From NCBI GenBank assembly GCA_965644265.1, contig OZ286462.1, positions 14,514,794 through 14,572,000 on the forward strand: a stretch of 57,207 bases of DNA, written 5' to 3'. Position 1 is the stretch's first letter, and every line of letters starts with the position of its first letter. The position numbers and the translations under genes are program-made. This document shows, piece by piece, positions 12,688 to 24,525 of the stretch. The notes under the pieces were generated by a model, which saw only the letters and a program-made list of their open reading frames with translations, searched no databases and had not been told where the DNA came from. This DNA is from Glycera tridactyla (taxonomy: Eukaryota).

Positions 12688-15600
12688 ATTTGATAATATG
12701 TACCATAAATCAAGTGAATATACATTTTAGTAATTATATGTGTACACATCAATATAGGTCTGAAACTTACAATGCCATATCTTAATTCACTTGATGTCTG
12801 TGTCACAATTGATCACATCTTGTGAATTCTGTAATGAATTCATTCATGTCAGATGATTTTAACTTTTGTCAATATTTGTGGAAAACAGCCAAATTTGGTG
12901 AAAACGCCATATTCCAAGTAGGCGAGTACGGTTTTATAGATGGAATTGAGTAGAAATATTTGTAGGGAGAATGTTTTCGACCATTTCTAACAATAATTGT
13001 GTAGAGCATCAAAATCCAGAGGAAAAAGTGATTTTTCTGCATTTTTGAACCACCCCAATCTGTGTGTATCCACATGGAGCCATGTGCCATGGTATGTATC
13101 CGATGCTCAGCCTCGAGCAAGGTGGTGGTGCTGAGGAAAAAAAGGTGTGTGTATGCATGGGCGACCCCTTCATTGGTTGCATTATGGGTATCAGATGGAC
13201 AGCTTGATTATCTGCAGCTACTATTACACACAGGGGAGAAAGATGGCCTGTGGCGGTGATGTATACGTGACATGTGACAGACGTATGCATTGCCCGTCTT
13301 TCACCAGGCAGTTTTATGCCACGCCATTTTCTTGACATTCATTAGTATAATTCGTCAAATCCAAATGTTGCGGGTACATTTCACACGATTCTATCTCTAT
13401 TTCATACACAATTTCAGGTGTGATGGCAAGTCGTATTGTGTGGAACTTCCGGTGATGATCGGACCAGATTTCAGACACTTTGATTGCTTTTCAAGCAGGT
13501 TCGCTCTCCTTTCGTTGTATTTATTTTGCAAATCTGCCAAAACGAACAGTGATTCTTAGTATGTGAATCGAGAGGGATATGACCGCCGCCCTTGTCGTGA
13601 AACCAGCGTGTGATCGGCATGCCGATGTCAATCAGAGAGGGGAACTTCGTCATGGTGGCATTTCTACTCGCCGGAAATGTCAGCGTGTTTCATTTCAATT
13701 CCTAGCAAATTCGCGCCGCTAAAGTGAACAAAGTAGGTATGACAGACGTCGGTGATAACACCCGTTCTAGGAAGACAGTGTTCCACACATGATGTGCATG
13801 AGATAATTGCATGTGACAATTCAAAGATGATGTGTATGGTGCGACACAGTAAAAATCAGATCATGCCTCTCTCGAACTCCTACATGTCGGATATTGAACT
13901 GTGTATCAGACCGTACTGGTCTCTAACGGAACTTAAAAATCGGTAAATTTGCATGACTTCCATACATTTCTGACTCTCGTTTTAGATCAAGAGGGATAAG
14001 TCTTGAATGATCCCATCCATTTCCATTCCGTAAGCGCTTTGATATAGTACAAACCAACCCATTCTCAAATTGGCCTGCGTACTTGATCCTCGATAAACAT
14101 TAGATTTGTGATGATATTGGGACAAGCTCACACGTTATTTCCAGCGTCCTCCGAGGAACGGGAACGGGGGAATAATCACATGGGGATTTAAAGTGCTGTA
14201 CTCACGTAGGATTGATGGTTTTAAGCGCAAACGCCCCAAGGGGGGCATATCACATACCTGAAAGCAGAAAATCGAGATACCAATCAAATCCAGGAAAGAG
14301 AGTTAACGGGAAATAGAAAGAACCTGGTCACTTGCTATAGTATCCATGATATATCCAGACCATCCTCGTTCCTCATCTGATTCTCGTTCAACTTTCCCGT
14401 GAAAAATTTGACTTGACCATATATTTGCCGAAGTTTTTGATTCTGGGATGGATGGACTATTTACTAGACGGAATATACACACTGGCCCAGGAACCAGGTC
14501 CTATTGTGACGGAAGCCTGGTTGTCCCGATTATGTTACACCATTTTGGAGATCGTGGATTCGGATATAGGGCAACATCATTTCGGAAGCCCTGTCCTTCA
14601 GTACCCGTAGATGCTGAACATTCGAGGACTCCAAAGATTTGCAGGATGATCGGAGACAAACCTTGATGATAGACTGATGTAATCTGTATTATTTAATATA
14701 TCATATATTTCATATGACAAACTGCTCACAGCACGCAGAAAAATGACCTGTTTAATCAATGTATCCCGACCTTATTTTGCTACTTGACGACTATGACCAG
14801 TTACAGCCCTCTATGCATCCTCAGTCTTTGCATAAATGTGTCCACCAAAATCGATTTTCGTCACTCTTGACTTGGTTATGTCGTAGTAAATAGCAGAACA
14901 ATCGTGATAGGGATGTTCTAGGGTCTGTCTCTGGACCAACAGGCACAGATGATGTAGTGAGGATCCACTCTCAGTATAGCCACCAGCAGTGGAACTCCGA
15001 TAAGGCATATTAAAGTCATAATGCAGTCAGATTACTCATAATATGACCGCAAATGAAATAGCCATCATAGAATGGTATAAATTTCGAGAAAGTGTAGGAG
15101 CAGGAGAACTCAATTTCTAACCTTGTCATCACTGCTATCGGGTTTAGGCTGATAATCGGTACATTGGAATGGTGCATTGCCTGTCTATGGATTACTCATT
15201 TCCAGCGATACAGAGGGAAGAAAGTTAGGAATACCTCCGACATAACGATGACTCTGAGTATCTGTGAATTTCGGGATTCTGTGTAGCATTTCGGATCGAC
15301 TGAACCGGATTCGACTGAGAGATCTCATTCAGGCCAGATGGGTGTCCAAATGTAGACCTGCTTTTACTGGCAGGATGAAAACAAATCCCATCAATCAACG
15401 TCTCAATCCCGATGACTGAAATATATTCATAGGAGAATAATCGCGAAATGTCAAAGCTTCTCTCCTGCATGACATTAGTTATGGTTATAAATCATCCAAA
15501 AGGCCTCAACTTGCATTCAATCTTTATTTTGATAGGCAGAATGGTTATAGGGTGAACTCGATCATAGCCTGTCTAATGGATACTGGGCCAGTGAGATATA

Positions 15601-15839
15601 CAGTGATTTTTATGGCAATATAAATCCCGTTCACAACATTGAACACTGCCTTCATCAAGGCAATACAAATTGACAGCCACAGAAGCACTAATGAGCCCCA
15701 CTTTCCCATTCTCTTTTATATCCAAGTAGAATTAATCAAGGCATGGAATGATGAGCCTCAATATTTCATTAGATAATTGCAGCGATGATTACTATAGAAT
15801 GATTTTTCAACGCATATAAATTGCATCTATCTTGCTGAA

Positions 15840-15873
15840 ATAGAAAGGCCGTCAGGGCGTACGATGTACGCCC
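15840..15873 (-). mobile_element. Helitron-like 3' terminus (GC hairpin plus CTA end)
   Basis: Perfect 8-bp stem GGGCGTAC-gat-GTACGCCC (15855-15873). On the minus strand it is followed 11 nt later by CTAT then TT, versus canonical CTRR|T. Confidence 0.35.
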
Positions 15874-16185
15874 GCTTTTCTTCCTGATTTGCTGCACCTG
15901 AGGTAATTTGATTAAATACAGATGATTGAATAAGAAGGGGAGCTGTATGGCTCTAACCAAAATGGAGGTTCTGCATACACTGGCCTGTACAATAGCCGTC
16001 GCGACCATTCTGTCTGACCAGTAGTTGGGGAAACAGTACAGAATGCAACAAAATATATCTACAGTCGGTTTGCCCCTCTTTGTTCTTTTTCTCGCCGAAC
16101 CTCCGGACCTCAAGTCCATATTGGTTCACTTTCATGGAAGGGGTACTTGAGGATTTGTCTTTTTCCCTCCTATCAACAATACCCA

Positions 16186-16514
16186 GGCTATATCAAAATA
16201 CCCCCAATATAGGCATGACAGGGTCCATCCAAGACACGTATCCTTGGTTTGGGATGCAGAGGTGTCGATCACAGACAGGCAAAGCGTCATCACAAACATG
16301 CAGCAAATTTGAAAGTGTTATAACACTTTCAATTCATTCTTTTTTCACCTGGCTATATCGAAATACCCCCAATATAGGCATGACAGGGACCATCCGAGAC
16401 ACGTATCCTTGGTTTTGGATGCAGAGGTGTCGATCACAGACAGGCAAAGCGTCATCACAAACATGCAGCAAATTTGAAAGTGTTATAACACTTTCAATTC
16501 ATTCTTTTTTTCAC
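16186..16514. repeat. Tandem duplication, 165 bp x2, each copy with a perfect 24-bp palindrome
   Basis: Copies start at 16186 and 16351 and differ at only a few positions. TTGAAAGTGTTATAACACTTTCAA lies at 16309-16332 and 16474-16497. The duplication explains the repeated peptide in ORF 16080..16565. Confidence 0.95.
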
Positions 16515-16711
16515 GAATCCTTCTTCAAGCGTAATGCTAATAATTTTCCTAAATACTTCATTTGAAGTTATCATTGACCTGAAAAGAATTCAACAGAGAT
16601 ACCTACTTTCGGCCCGATGAATTATCAAATTCGGCGCGAAATGAGGATCAGTTGATTGCTGTTCATTTATATGACGCGTTCATGGGCTCGCCAACGCGGA
16701 GAACCACGTCA

Positions 16712-16738
16712 TGACGTCATAATCAAGGTCACAGGTCA
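16712..16738 (+). promoter_or_regulatory. Full CRE palindrome next to a perfect DR1 nuclear-receptor motif (function unproven)
   Basis: TGACGTCA at 16712-16719; AGGTCA-C-AGGTCA at 16726-16738. Motif match only; may belong to a dispersed repeat. Confidence 0.2.
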
Positions 16739-17970
16739 ACTGGCAGCGTCCCGCATTCGAGAGCTGCATCATGGCAATAAGCAAGGCCGGGTTCGCTCTG
16801 ATCACATATGATTTAACTCACCAACACAGATAGTATTGTTGAAATTTGAGAAGATATTTGAGCATCGATATCCATTGTAAGTAATGGTATTCATTCTCCT
16901 CAATTTGATGCACATCGCAAAGAAGTATCCACCCAAGACAGGTGCCACAAAGAACGGTGAACTGACTGTAGTGCATCACAGCTGATCAGAACATTCGCAG
17001 GTAATAATGTCGGTTAGCTGGTGCTTTTGGTTATGGGTCGTCAAGGTCAGCACAGAGAATATATTCCTCACAGAAATACACGTATATCACTCTGTGATTT
17101 CGGCAATAAATGGATGTGGACGGAGAAAAACATACTGATATTAGCTATCCTTCGAAGCAACTCAAGAAAGAAGAGGGGCTGGTACAGGAACTGAAGAAGT
17201 TATATATGATAACTGACAATGTGTCCTACAAAACTCAGAATGATAAGAGCAGCCCGTTCCTTCCGTGATCTCGACAGCTGAAAGATCTAAACTGAGAGGT
17301 TTCGACAGAAATGATCGCATTAGAGGTCAGGGAATGTTATTCGACTCATGAAGAGACAAAATTAGAAGATAATACATTGCCATCCCATGCAATCGATCTA
17401 AATCAAACAAACCTTAGAATATTCCATAATATCCTGTCCATGCATGTTTTTTGCCTATGACATTTCGATATGCATATATTGGGAAATTCCATACCAGTCT
17501 AATCAAACGCACATTCCATACTATTCCATGATCAACATATATACTCTCTCGACTTTGTTGATGAGCTCTTGAATGAAACATCTTACTCATGCATTCATCC
17601 GATGCCTGTCATGAGGCACATGACATACACTGTAATCAAAATTAAGTTGCCTTGAGATATATTAGGTATGAATTTCATCTGTGAGCAAACGATTCAAGGT
17701 ATTTCATATGAATTGAAAGTATTGCTCTACTCACAAATATGCTACATTTTTGAGATGACGCCTTGCCATAAAAGTGACCAAAAATGGAACAACAGGCATC
17801 AAGATCAGGTGAAAAGATAGCAGAAGTCAATTTCCGACTAGACGCTATGGTGATGGTTCTCTATACTATCCGTCCATTCCGAAGAGGCCATTGACCTCTG
17901 ATTTCAGATGGAGGGCAGATCGGCATGATCCTAGTGTATGGGTATCGTTGGCTAGATAGGAACACCAAAT

Positions 17971-18137
17971 NNNNNNNNNNNNNNNNNNNNNNNNNNNNNN
18001 NNNNNNNNNNNNNNNNNNNNNNNNNNNNNNNNNNNNNNNNNNNNNNNNNNNNNNNNNNNNNNNNNNNNNNNNNNNNNNNNNNNNNNNNNNNNNNNNNNNN
18101 NNNNNNNNNNNNNNNNNNNNNNNNNNNNNNNNNNNNT
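17971..18137. other. Assembly gap (167 N)
   Basis: N run; GAACACCAAAT occurs on both sides, suggesting a collapsed repeat. Confidence 0.99.
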
Positions 18138-19922
18138 ATGTATTCATAAAGTAAATACTAACCCACCCCCACAATCCCAGAACACCAAATAGACGCAATG
18201 TCACAAATCTCGACCCACACCCACCTACACCACCTACTACATAGCAGGCCTAAACCCCCCGCAAACTGGGCCTGTTAGGGGGGATGACCATTAACAAGAA
18301 GTATATGTCACTAACAATATCAATAACATACTAACGCATTCTGTAGCCGAATGTGTACTAACAGGCTACCGAGTCTTATAGACCCGTCAGTGGCCGGAGG
18401 TCAATCATATTATACGTCACATCCTATATTTCTGTAAATGACCTATGACTCGATAATAAACTTATGTCATGTTATGTTATGTTATGTTATATGTTGTTGA
18501 CGTGGCGCATTCTTCTCCTTGTTGTGTCTTGCTACCGACAGGATTTGAACGTTGCGTATATATCGAACAAGTCTCGACAGCGAAACTGGTAGGATGCATG
18601 ATTACGTGGGTTGGATCAGTCAATAAGTTGCCCAACTTAGATTGGATTTTCACTCGGGGCATGCGGTCATATCCACAGAGGATACAAGACTTATATCTGG
18701 AATCAATATCATCGCCCGCTTCTTCTTCAGAATCCATCATGCCTGTCCGATATTTCTCTTACTTAGTGAGTGTGAAACTGTCATTTGTCATCTTGGGTGA
18801 GCAATGAAGTCGTTCCTCGCCATCTTGTTTACATCATCCGTCAAAACAACAATATCGAATGGGCGTCATTCTCCTTGTCTTCGCAATCAGTGAAAAGTGG
18901 TGCCTGTTGTGGAAAAGTGTCCTCGGGACAACAGGAGGGTATTCAAGACTTGTTATTGTTGTAATTTCTTTATTTTGATTCGTCATTTCAAACAGCTTTA
19001 CATATATGAGAAAATAAATATAGATGTAATAAAGCTTATACCCTCTAAATGTGGATTTTCTCAGGCAGACGAAAATATAACATTCTCTTGCATTTCAAGC
19101 GATATTGATGAACATGATGGAATGAGATGGAATGATTGAAAAATGAAAATGAAAAGAAGTGAAATAAGATGAAATGACATCAATGACAAAAAGACAGAGA
19201 CAGGAACAATGGTGGATATATTTCGTTATGTTGTCTGGCAAAAAACATCCGTTGAGCTGGTGGTTCATATAATAGGCCTCTGTAGTATGGGCTATGAGAT
19301 GAGCATATATCAGTTAGATGTCAGGTGTGTCTGAGCTGTCAATTTCCTACCCTTGACCAATTTCTTTAGTTCTCCATCATTTACCGTTGAGGCGTGTCAG
19401 AGTGGTGCCTGTAGACAACAGAGCGTGCAGTTTTGTGAGATCATAGCATTGCCTTTGTTCATGGTCATCTGTAAGCATCATAGCCGATGGTATAGAGATC
19501 TCCCTCAATCATGCGTGGAAGAAAGCTGTCCAAATATCTGATTCAAATGCTCAAACGCCTCAAGAACTTACCGTCGGTGTGTAACTTTGGTAGAAGATGT
19601 CAGTATTTGAATTTGAATTTGAAAAACTTTATTTACACTCGCCAGGGGAAGATCTATGATTATTTCTTTCCCCTTTCGAGTACAAAAACATATATACAAA
19701 TATGGTACATCAAGACATTACACAACTGTGTAACGGAAACAACTAGACAGAATGGTTAGACAACAAAATGAGATAAGACAACACATGAAAAATATATACG
19801 TTTCGCTAATGGTGCATGGAAATGATGAATGACGATAATTCAGTAGACAGTAAATATCATCGCGCATAGAGTAAAGCATCACACAGATAGAGTTACGATG
19901 AACCTATGGTGGACAAACTGAT

Positions 19923-20275
19923 TCAAAGAAAGATCGAGTCATGCTTCAACATGCATTTGAAACTTCCAATTGACGGTGCATTTCTGGTCTCCTCACTAGA
20001 GGAGTTCCAGAGAGAGACACCTCTTATGAAGAAATCTTCATCTGATTTTTACAAACGAGTGCTGGGGATACGTAGACACCCCCTTTCACTTGCTCTAGTG
20101 TTACGGACTCCTGGGATGAATAACTCAGAGAAGGTGTTTCTTGCACTTATAGCACACCGATCATTCACAACTTCGTAGAATTATGTCACTGTGTGGATGT
20201 TCCTTGTTTTTTCAAGACAGTGTATACCAGATTCAGAAAAGAGGTATCTGTGTGAGTGCGCGGATCACATCGTAA
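19923..20275 (-). mobile_element. LINE (CR1/L2-like clade) ORF2 C-terminal fragment, 5'-truncated and decayed
   Basis: Minus-strand LFSESGIHCLEKTRNIHTVT*FYEVVN...NTRASERGCLRIPSTRL*KSDEDFFIRGVSLWNSSSEETRNAPSIGSFKCMLK matches the typical ORF2 tail (L..RR..H....FYK+VN; NTR....L.IP..R....SF..RG..LWN.LP..+R...S+..FK..LK). Confidence 0.72.
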
Positions 20276-20583
20276 CGTAAATACATTCAATGACGGCTAC
20301 AAAATAAGACCCCGATGAAAGAAAATAAAAAAGACACGAATGGCGAACAAAATTACATAACTTTAGGGGGATGGGTAACAAACACCAGTACAATATGGGG
20401 AAGCACCCAGGTCTTTTCTTCACCATCTAAGTACCATTTTAGTTGAGGTGGAGACATGGTGAATATATTTTGATGAGTGCCTCGTTCAAATTGTACCGTT
20501 TGACTCGATGGTGAATGCCTTTATACATCCCGGGCCATATTGGCTCAATTATTTGTGACCCGATCTGACATGCAGATAGAGTC

Positions 20584-20795
20584 ATCATATGAATTGGCTG
20601 CTAAAAAAATCTTAGCGATCACTCAAACGCATCAGCGTCTCACTTGAGAGAAAAGACTGGAGAACTTTCATTCATATACAGCGACAGCGTACCTCTAAAT
20701 TTATCATATGAATTGGCTACTAATAAATCTCATTGATCAATCGAACGCACCCATGTCTCACTTGAGAAAAATGCTGCGACAGCGTACCTTTGAAA
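20584..20795. repeat. Diverged tandem duplication, ~96-119 bp x2
   Basis: ATCATATGAATTGGCT at 20584 and 20703; GTCTCACTTGAGA and GCGACAGCGTACCT are present in both copies; the second copy has an internal deletion. Confidence 0.85.
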
Positions 20796-20854
20796 TTGCA
20801 TTATTATCAAACCCTGTGCTGGAGGAACAGGTAGTGCACCCGGCCTCATGAAGT

Positions 20855-21085
20855 ATTCTGAATTCAATGCTGGAGATGAAGGCATTAGACCCTGGTATCG
20901 TGCTTTAAAAGTTGGTGATACAGGTTATAAAAGCTGGTGTAGCAAACCTCATATATCATTCTGAATTCAATGTCGGAGATACAGTTCATGAGACCCTGGT
21001 ATCCCGCTTTGAAAGTTTGTGATACAGGCAATGGGAGCTGGTGTAGCGAACCTCATATGTCATTCTGAATTGGATGTTTGAAATA
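20855..21085. repeat. Diverged tandem repeat, ~103 bp x2.3
   Basis: ATTCTGAATT at 20855, 20958 and 21062; GAGACCCTGGTATC-like and GCTGGTGTAGC motifs are repeated. Confidence 0.88.
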
Positions 21086-23090
21086 CTGTTCATAATTATA
21101 TCAATGCTAGAAATCAGAGAATGAATTCTAGTGCAGTTTCATAGGATCTGAAAAGAAAGCGAACAGAGAAGATGGTTTAGCGAATATTGAACGATCATCC
21201 CTTACAAAAGTGAATATCTTGATTTTATTTCTGTACCGATTGTCTTCAATATATCATTCTTGCAGACTTTGAGCTCAGGCCCGTCATATACACGAAGCTA
21301 GTTAAATAAATCAATCCCTGAACTATGACTGGTCGGCTCAGGCTATGACAAAAGGCTGACCAGTTCTTCAGGACTCCTCTAGATATCTGCAATGTCTGAT
21401 AGAACCAGATGCGAGTCTCATAACCGCGAGTACATGCATACTTCACTTCAAACTCCCATCAGCTGTCTCAGGAATTCAAAGAAATACTCACTTATTGCAT
21501 GATGCATTTGCGAAGTTCAGGAATTCGTTCTCTTTGATGCACCATTTTTTCTGAATAGGGATATAATCTTGACTACTTTGGATTTTCACGTACAGTCAAA
21601 TTATTTCTAAGCAGTTACCCTTCCGGAAGGCAAATCGTGGCTGCTAATGGCAGGTGAAATATGGTGGGAAAAATCTCCGGTGGGAAATTCAGAAGTGGCT
21701 GGTAAGACAAGTTGGATAGTAATCCCATCTCTTTTGTGGCCATGCACTATGCGGATACCTGTTGAGTGCAAAGGTGCCAACAGTATCGAGAGGAATGTGG
21801 AAATATCCTTAGTCAGGAGAGGCATCATCTTAGTTTGGACTTCTTGTTAGATCGTTAGACCTGATCATCATCATCACTGCCTGGCAATATCTGAAAATAA
21901 CATCTCCAATAGCTATCAAATATTTCATGTCCCGGGTCTGCCCTCTCAATAGTGGGACTCATGTATTCGTCAGTATGATTTACATAATATTAGGTTGCAC
22001 TTCATTTTCCCTTTTTTTTCATCATATTCCATTGCGAATATATTTTATTATTAGACGTATCTGTACTCTGTAGGGGAATATGGGGCCCGCTCTTTAAGCC
22101 TAAAGATGGTGAATCCGCTATGATGCAACGACTGACATTACCTGGGCCTTTCGATATAGCACACGTGCATTCACCAAGAGGGGGAATAACAAACCGACTC
22201 AGCTCAGTCTGCTCAAGTTTTGTGACTCCCTGCCTATATCAAACCATCATACAATGATTGATTCGGGCACTGTTAATGGTGTGATCGCCATTGTGGATGG
22301 TAGCGCTGATTAGTATCAGAGGCAATCGAGTGTGAACGTGTGAAAGGTCCATATCAGCCGCTGTCTAGAAGAAATCAAAGGGGGAAAACAGACTCTAGCA
22401 GTATTATCTGGATGAGATCTCCTATTTCACATATCAATCGATCTTTACGCCAGGAATTGGCAAACACTCTGGCCTTGTGCGCATGCGACTCACCGATCTC
22501 TTTGTGTCAGCTTTCTCTACCATTCTATAGTGCTATGAATAGGAACAATATACATTCAGTCCTCGTTATCCAGTGCACCGAAATATTCCGGTAACTCTAT
22601 TTATGATATATAGATATGTACTCAGAAGTGTACTCAGAAGGGTTTCGATTATTGATGAGGGTAGTCGTAACAGGAAAAGCATTCCTGTCGCGATGTAGCC
22701 TGCTGTCATGGTAATCATTAGGAATTAGAGGGGAGAGAGAGTCGGGAAATAAGTATATCATACCTACACATACAAGCCCGATATGACCTCTGAGGACCTT
22801 TTCTCATTAGATGATGGTTTCGCAATGCTTAGTATGTCCTATTTCATCTCTCCATTGGCGTGACACCATAGAGATAACAAATCAGTGAAATTCGAAGAAT
22901 AAGTACCAGCTCAATGGAATAACTTACCACTGCAAATTCTTGCAATTCATATTCTCTAGATAAGTTTAGTAGCTTGGAACTAATGGGTGGATATCTCGGT
23001 TAGGACTTATATTTCTGGTTAAGTTCAGGCACATTACACAGTCATTTTGTTTCGTTTTCAGTTTTTTTTCAATATCAATCATATTTGCAG

Positions 23091-23600
23091 TCTGGTTGTG
23101 ATGGGCTGAAAACCACAATGTGCCGACTTTTTGATATTCCTCTTGCTGTGGTGGGCGATGATTACCTGAGCTTTCTGAATGCGCACGTGTGGGCAAGAGT
23201 GGATTCATCAACTCATGGGTATTTTGTGAATGGTTTCTCGCAATTGGAATCTCGGAATTGTCTTGACATTTAATGAAGAGCACTCTCACCATTAGGATGA
23301 TTTTTATTCTCTTCCCGCCGCGGAGAAGATTGAAACCATGCGTCGTTATTTCATAACGGAGGCACGAATGCTTCACGGCAACATTCATCCATCTCACAGA
23401 TTACCAGTACAAAAAGTCCGAGAAATAGTGATCGAATGTTCATAGCACATTTCATTGACAATCATGGTCTCACTTCTTCAGTCAGAACTTGAATACATGC
23501 AAAAGCCTCCTGGTTTCTTTCAACAGCGATGGCTTGGAATGAAATATACGACCAGCATATTCCTTATGAGAACATATTTGTGACAATTCCATTGGTTTAA
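23091..23600 (+). mobile_element. Probable decayed DNA transposase fragment, Sola-like (tentative)
   Basis: Frameshift-joined translation SGCDGLKTTMCRLF..CGQEWIHQLMGIL..DDFYSLPAAEKIETMRRYFITEARMLHGNIHPSHRLPVQKVREIV..FIAHFIDNHGL..LSTAMAWNEIYDQH. The order R.HGN...P.H.L...V..FI..+...HGL...LP...Y resembles the Sola2-type N-terminal region as I recall it. Preceded by a polypyrimidine tract and AG at 23045-23090. Confidence 0.4.
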
Positions 23601-24384
23601 TTTATTGCTAACTTCAATTGACAATGTTAGTCAGTGAACGCACCCTTCTACCGACCATGAAGTGAAGTTACCTGGTTCGATATGATGTCAAAATTCAGAC
23701 GCGTATCTCCTCAATTTGCAATTTTATGAATACATAATTGGGAGATATTGCTCTCGGATTTGTTGTGAATGATATCTACTATAGACTAGAATATTGGTCT
23801 GCAGAGGCTCGGGGCTGGAAGTTTTTCCCGTATGCATTTTCGTTTTACTTTGTTTAACATTGCCAGGTTCTCCCGTGCAAGAATTGAATGACACCCCGTG
23901 AGTCTTTGAATTTCATATCATCTAACTTCTCATTAGGTGTCCAAAAAGAGGAGTCATGAATGATCCCTCCCACGTCCGTTGCATGGGCATCACAACATAG
24001 CCTATATGGCGCTGATGTGACATGCGAGGTTAACCACTCAGTCAACTCTAGTTCGCTACACGTAGATACCCACACAAAGGGATTCTGGCTCAGCAGGATA
24101 GCATCGCTGTTCTAGTATCTTTCTGATCTTCACGAAACCTGGTTACATAAGTAAATAGCAATATTTCCACCTGACCTACTACGGGTTGTCAACCTTTGAC
24201 GGCCGCTTGATACAGATTACCTGAGTTCACGTCATTACAGGTCACTGCTTATGACGTCATTATGACGTCATTACATTGCAACTAATGGCAAGCCAGTTTC
24301 GATTGATGTTGATGCCCCACTCACGCGTAATCATGGTTGACTTATGGTGGTGAATTAGCTCAAGTGGGACTGGAGTCTTGAACT

Positions 24385-24525
24385 CAACGTTGAGTCCCAA
24401 TTCAGAGTCAAATTCAAATTCAATCTGGAATTCGGAATCGAATTCAAATTCACACTCAGAATCAAACTTGGATTCAATTTGCGATTCGGATCGAAATTTG
24501 ACTGCAAGATCATATTCAAAATTTA
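24385..24525. repeat. Degenerate hexamer low-complexity tract (AATTCR-like)
   Basis: aattcagagtcaaattcaaattcaatctggaattcggaatcgaattcaaattc...; explains the EFEFDSE pseudo-peptide in the ORF track. Confidence 0.75.

Noticed and set aside
16080-16565. 161-aa ORF with an internal 55-aa repeat
   Set aside because: It is explained by the 165-bp DNA duplication; there is no recognisable domain or splice structure.
22966-23397. 143-aa minus ORF with FSAHHNQTAN, resembling Gypsy integrase SAYHPQ.NG
   Set aside because: No D,D35E spacing, and the plus strand gives a more coherent transposase-like reading.
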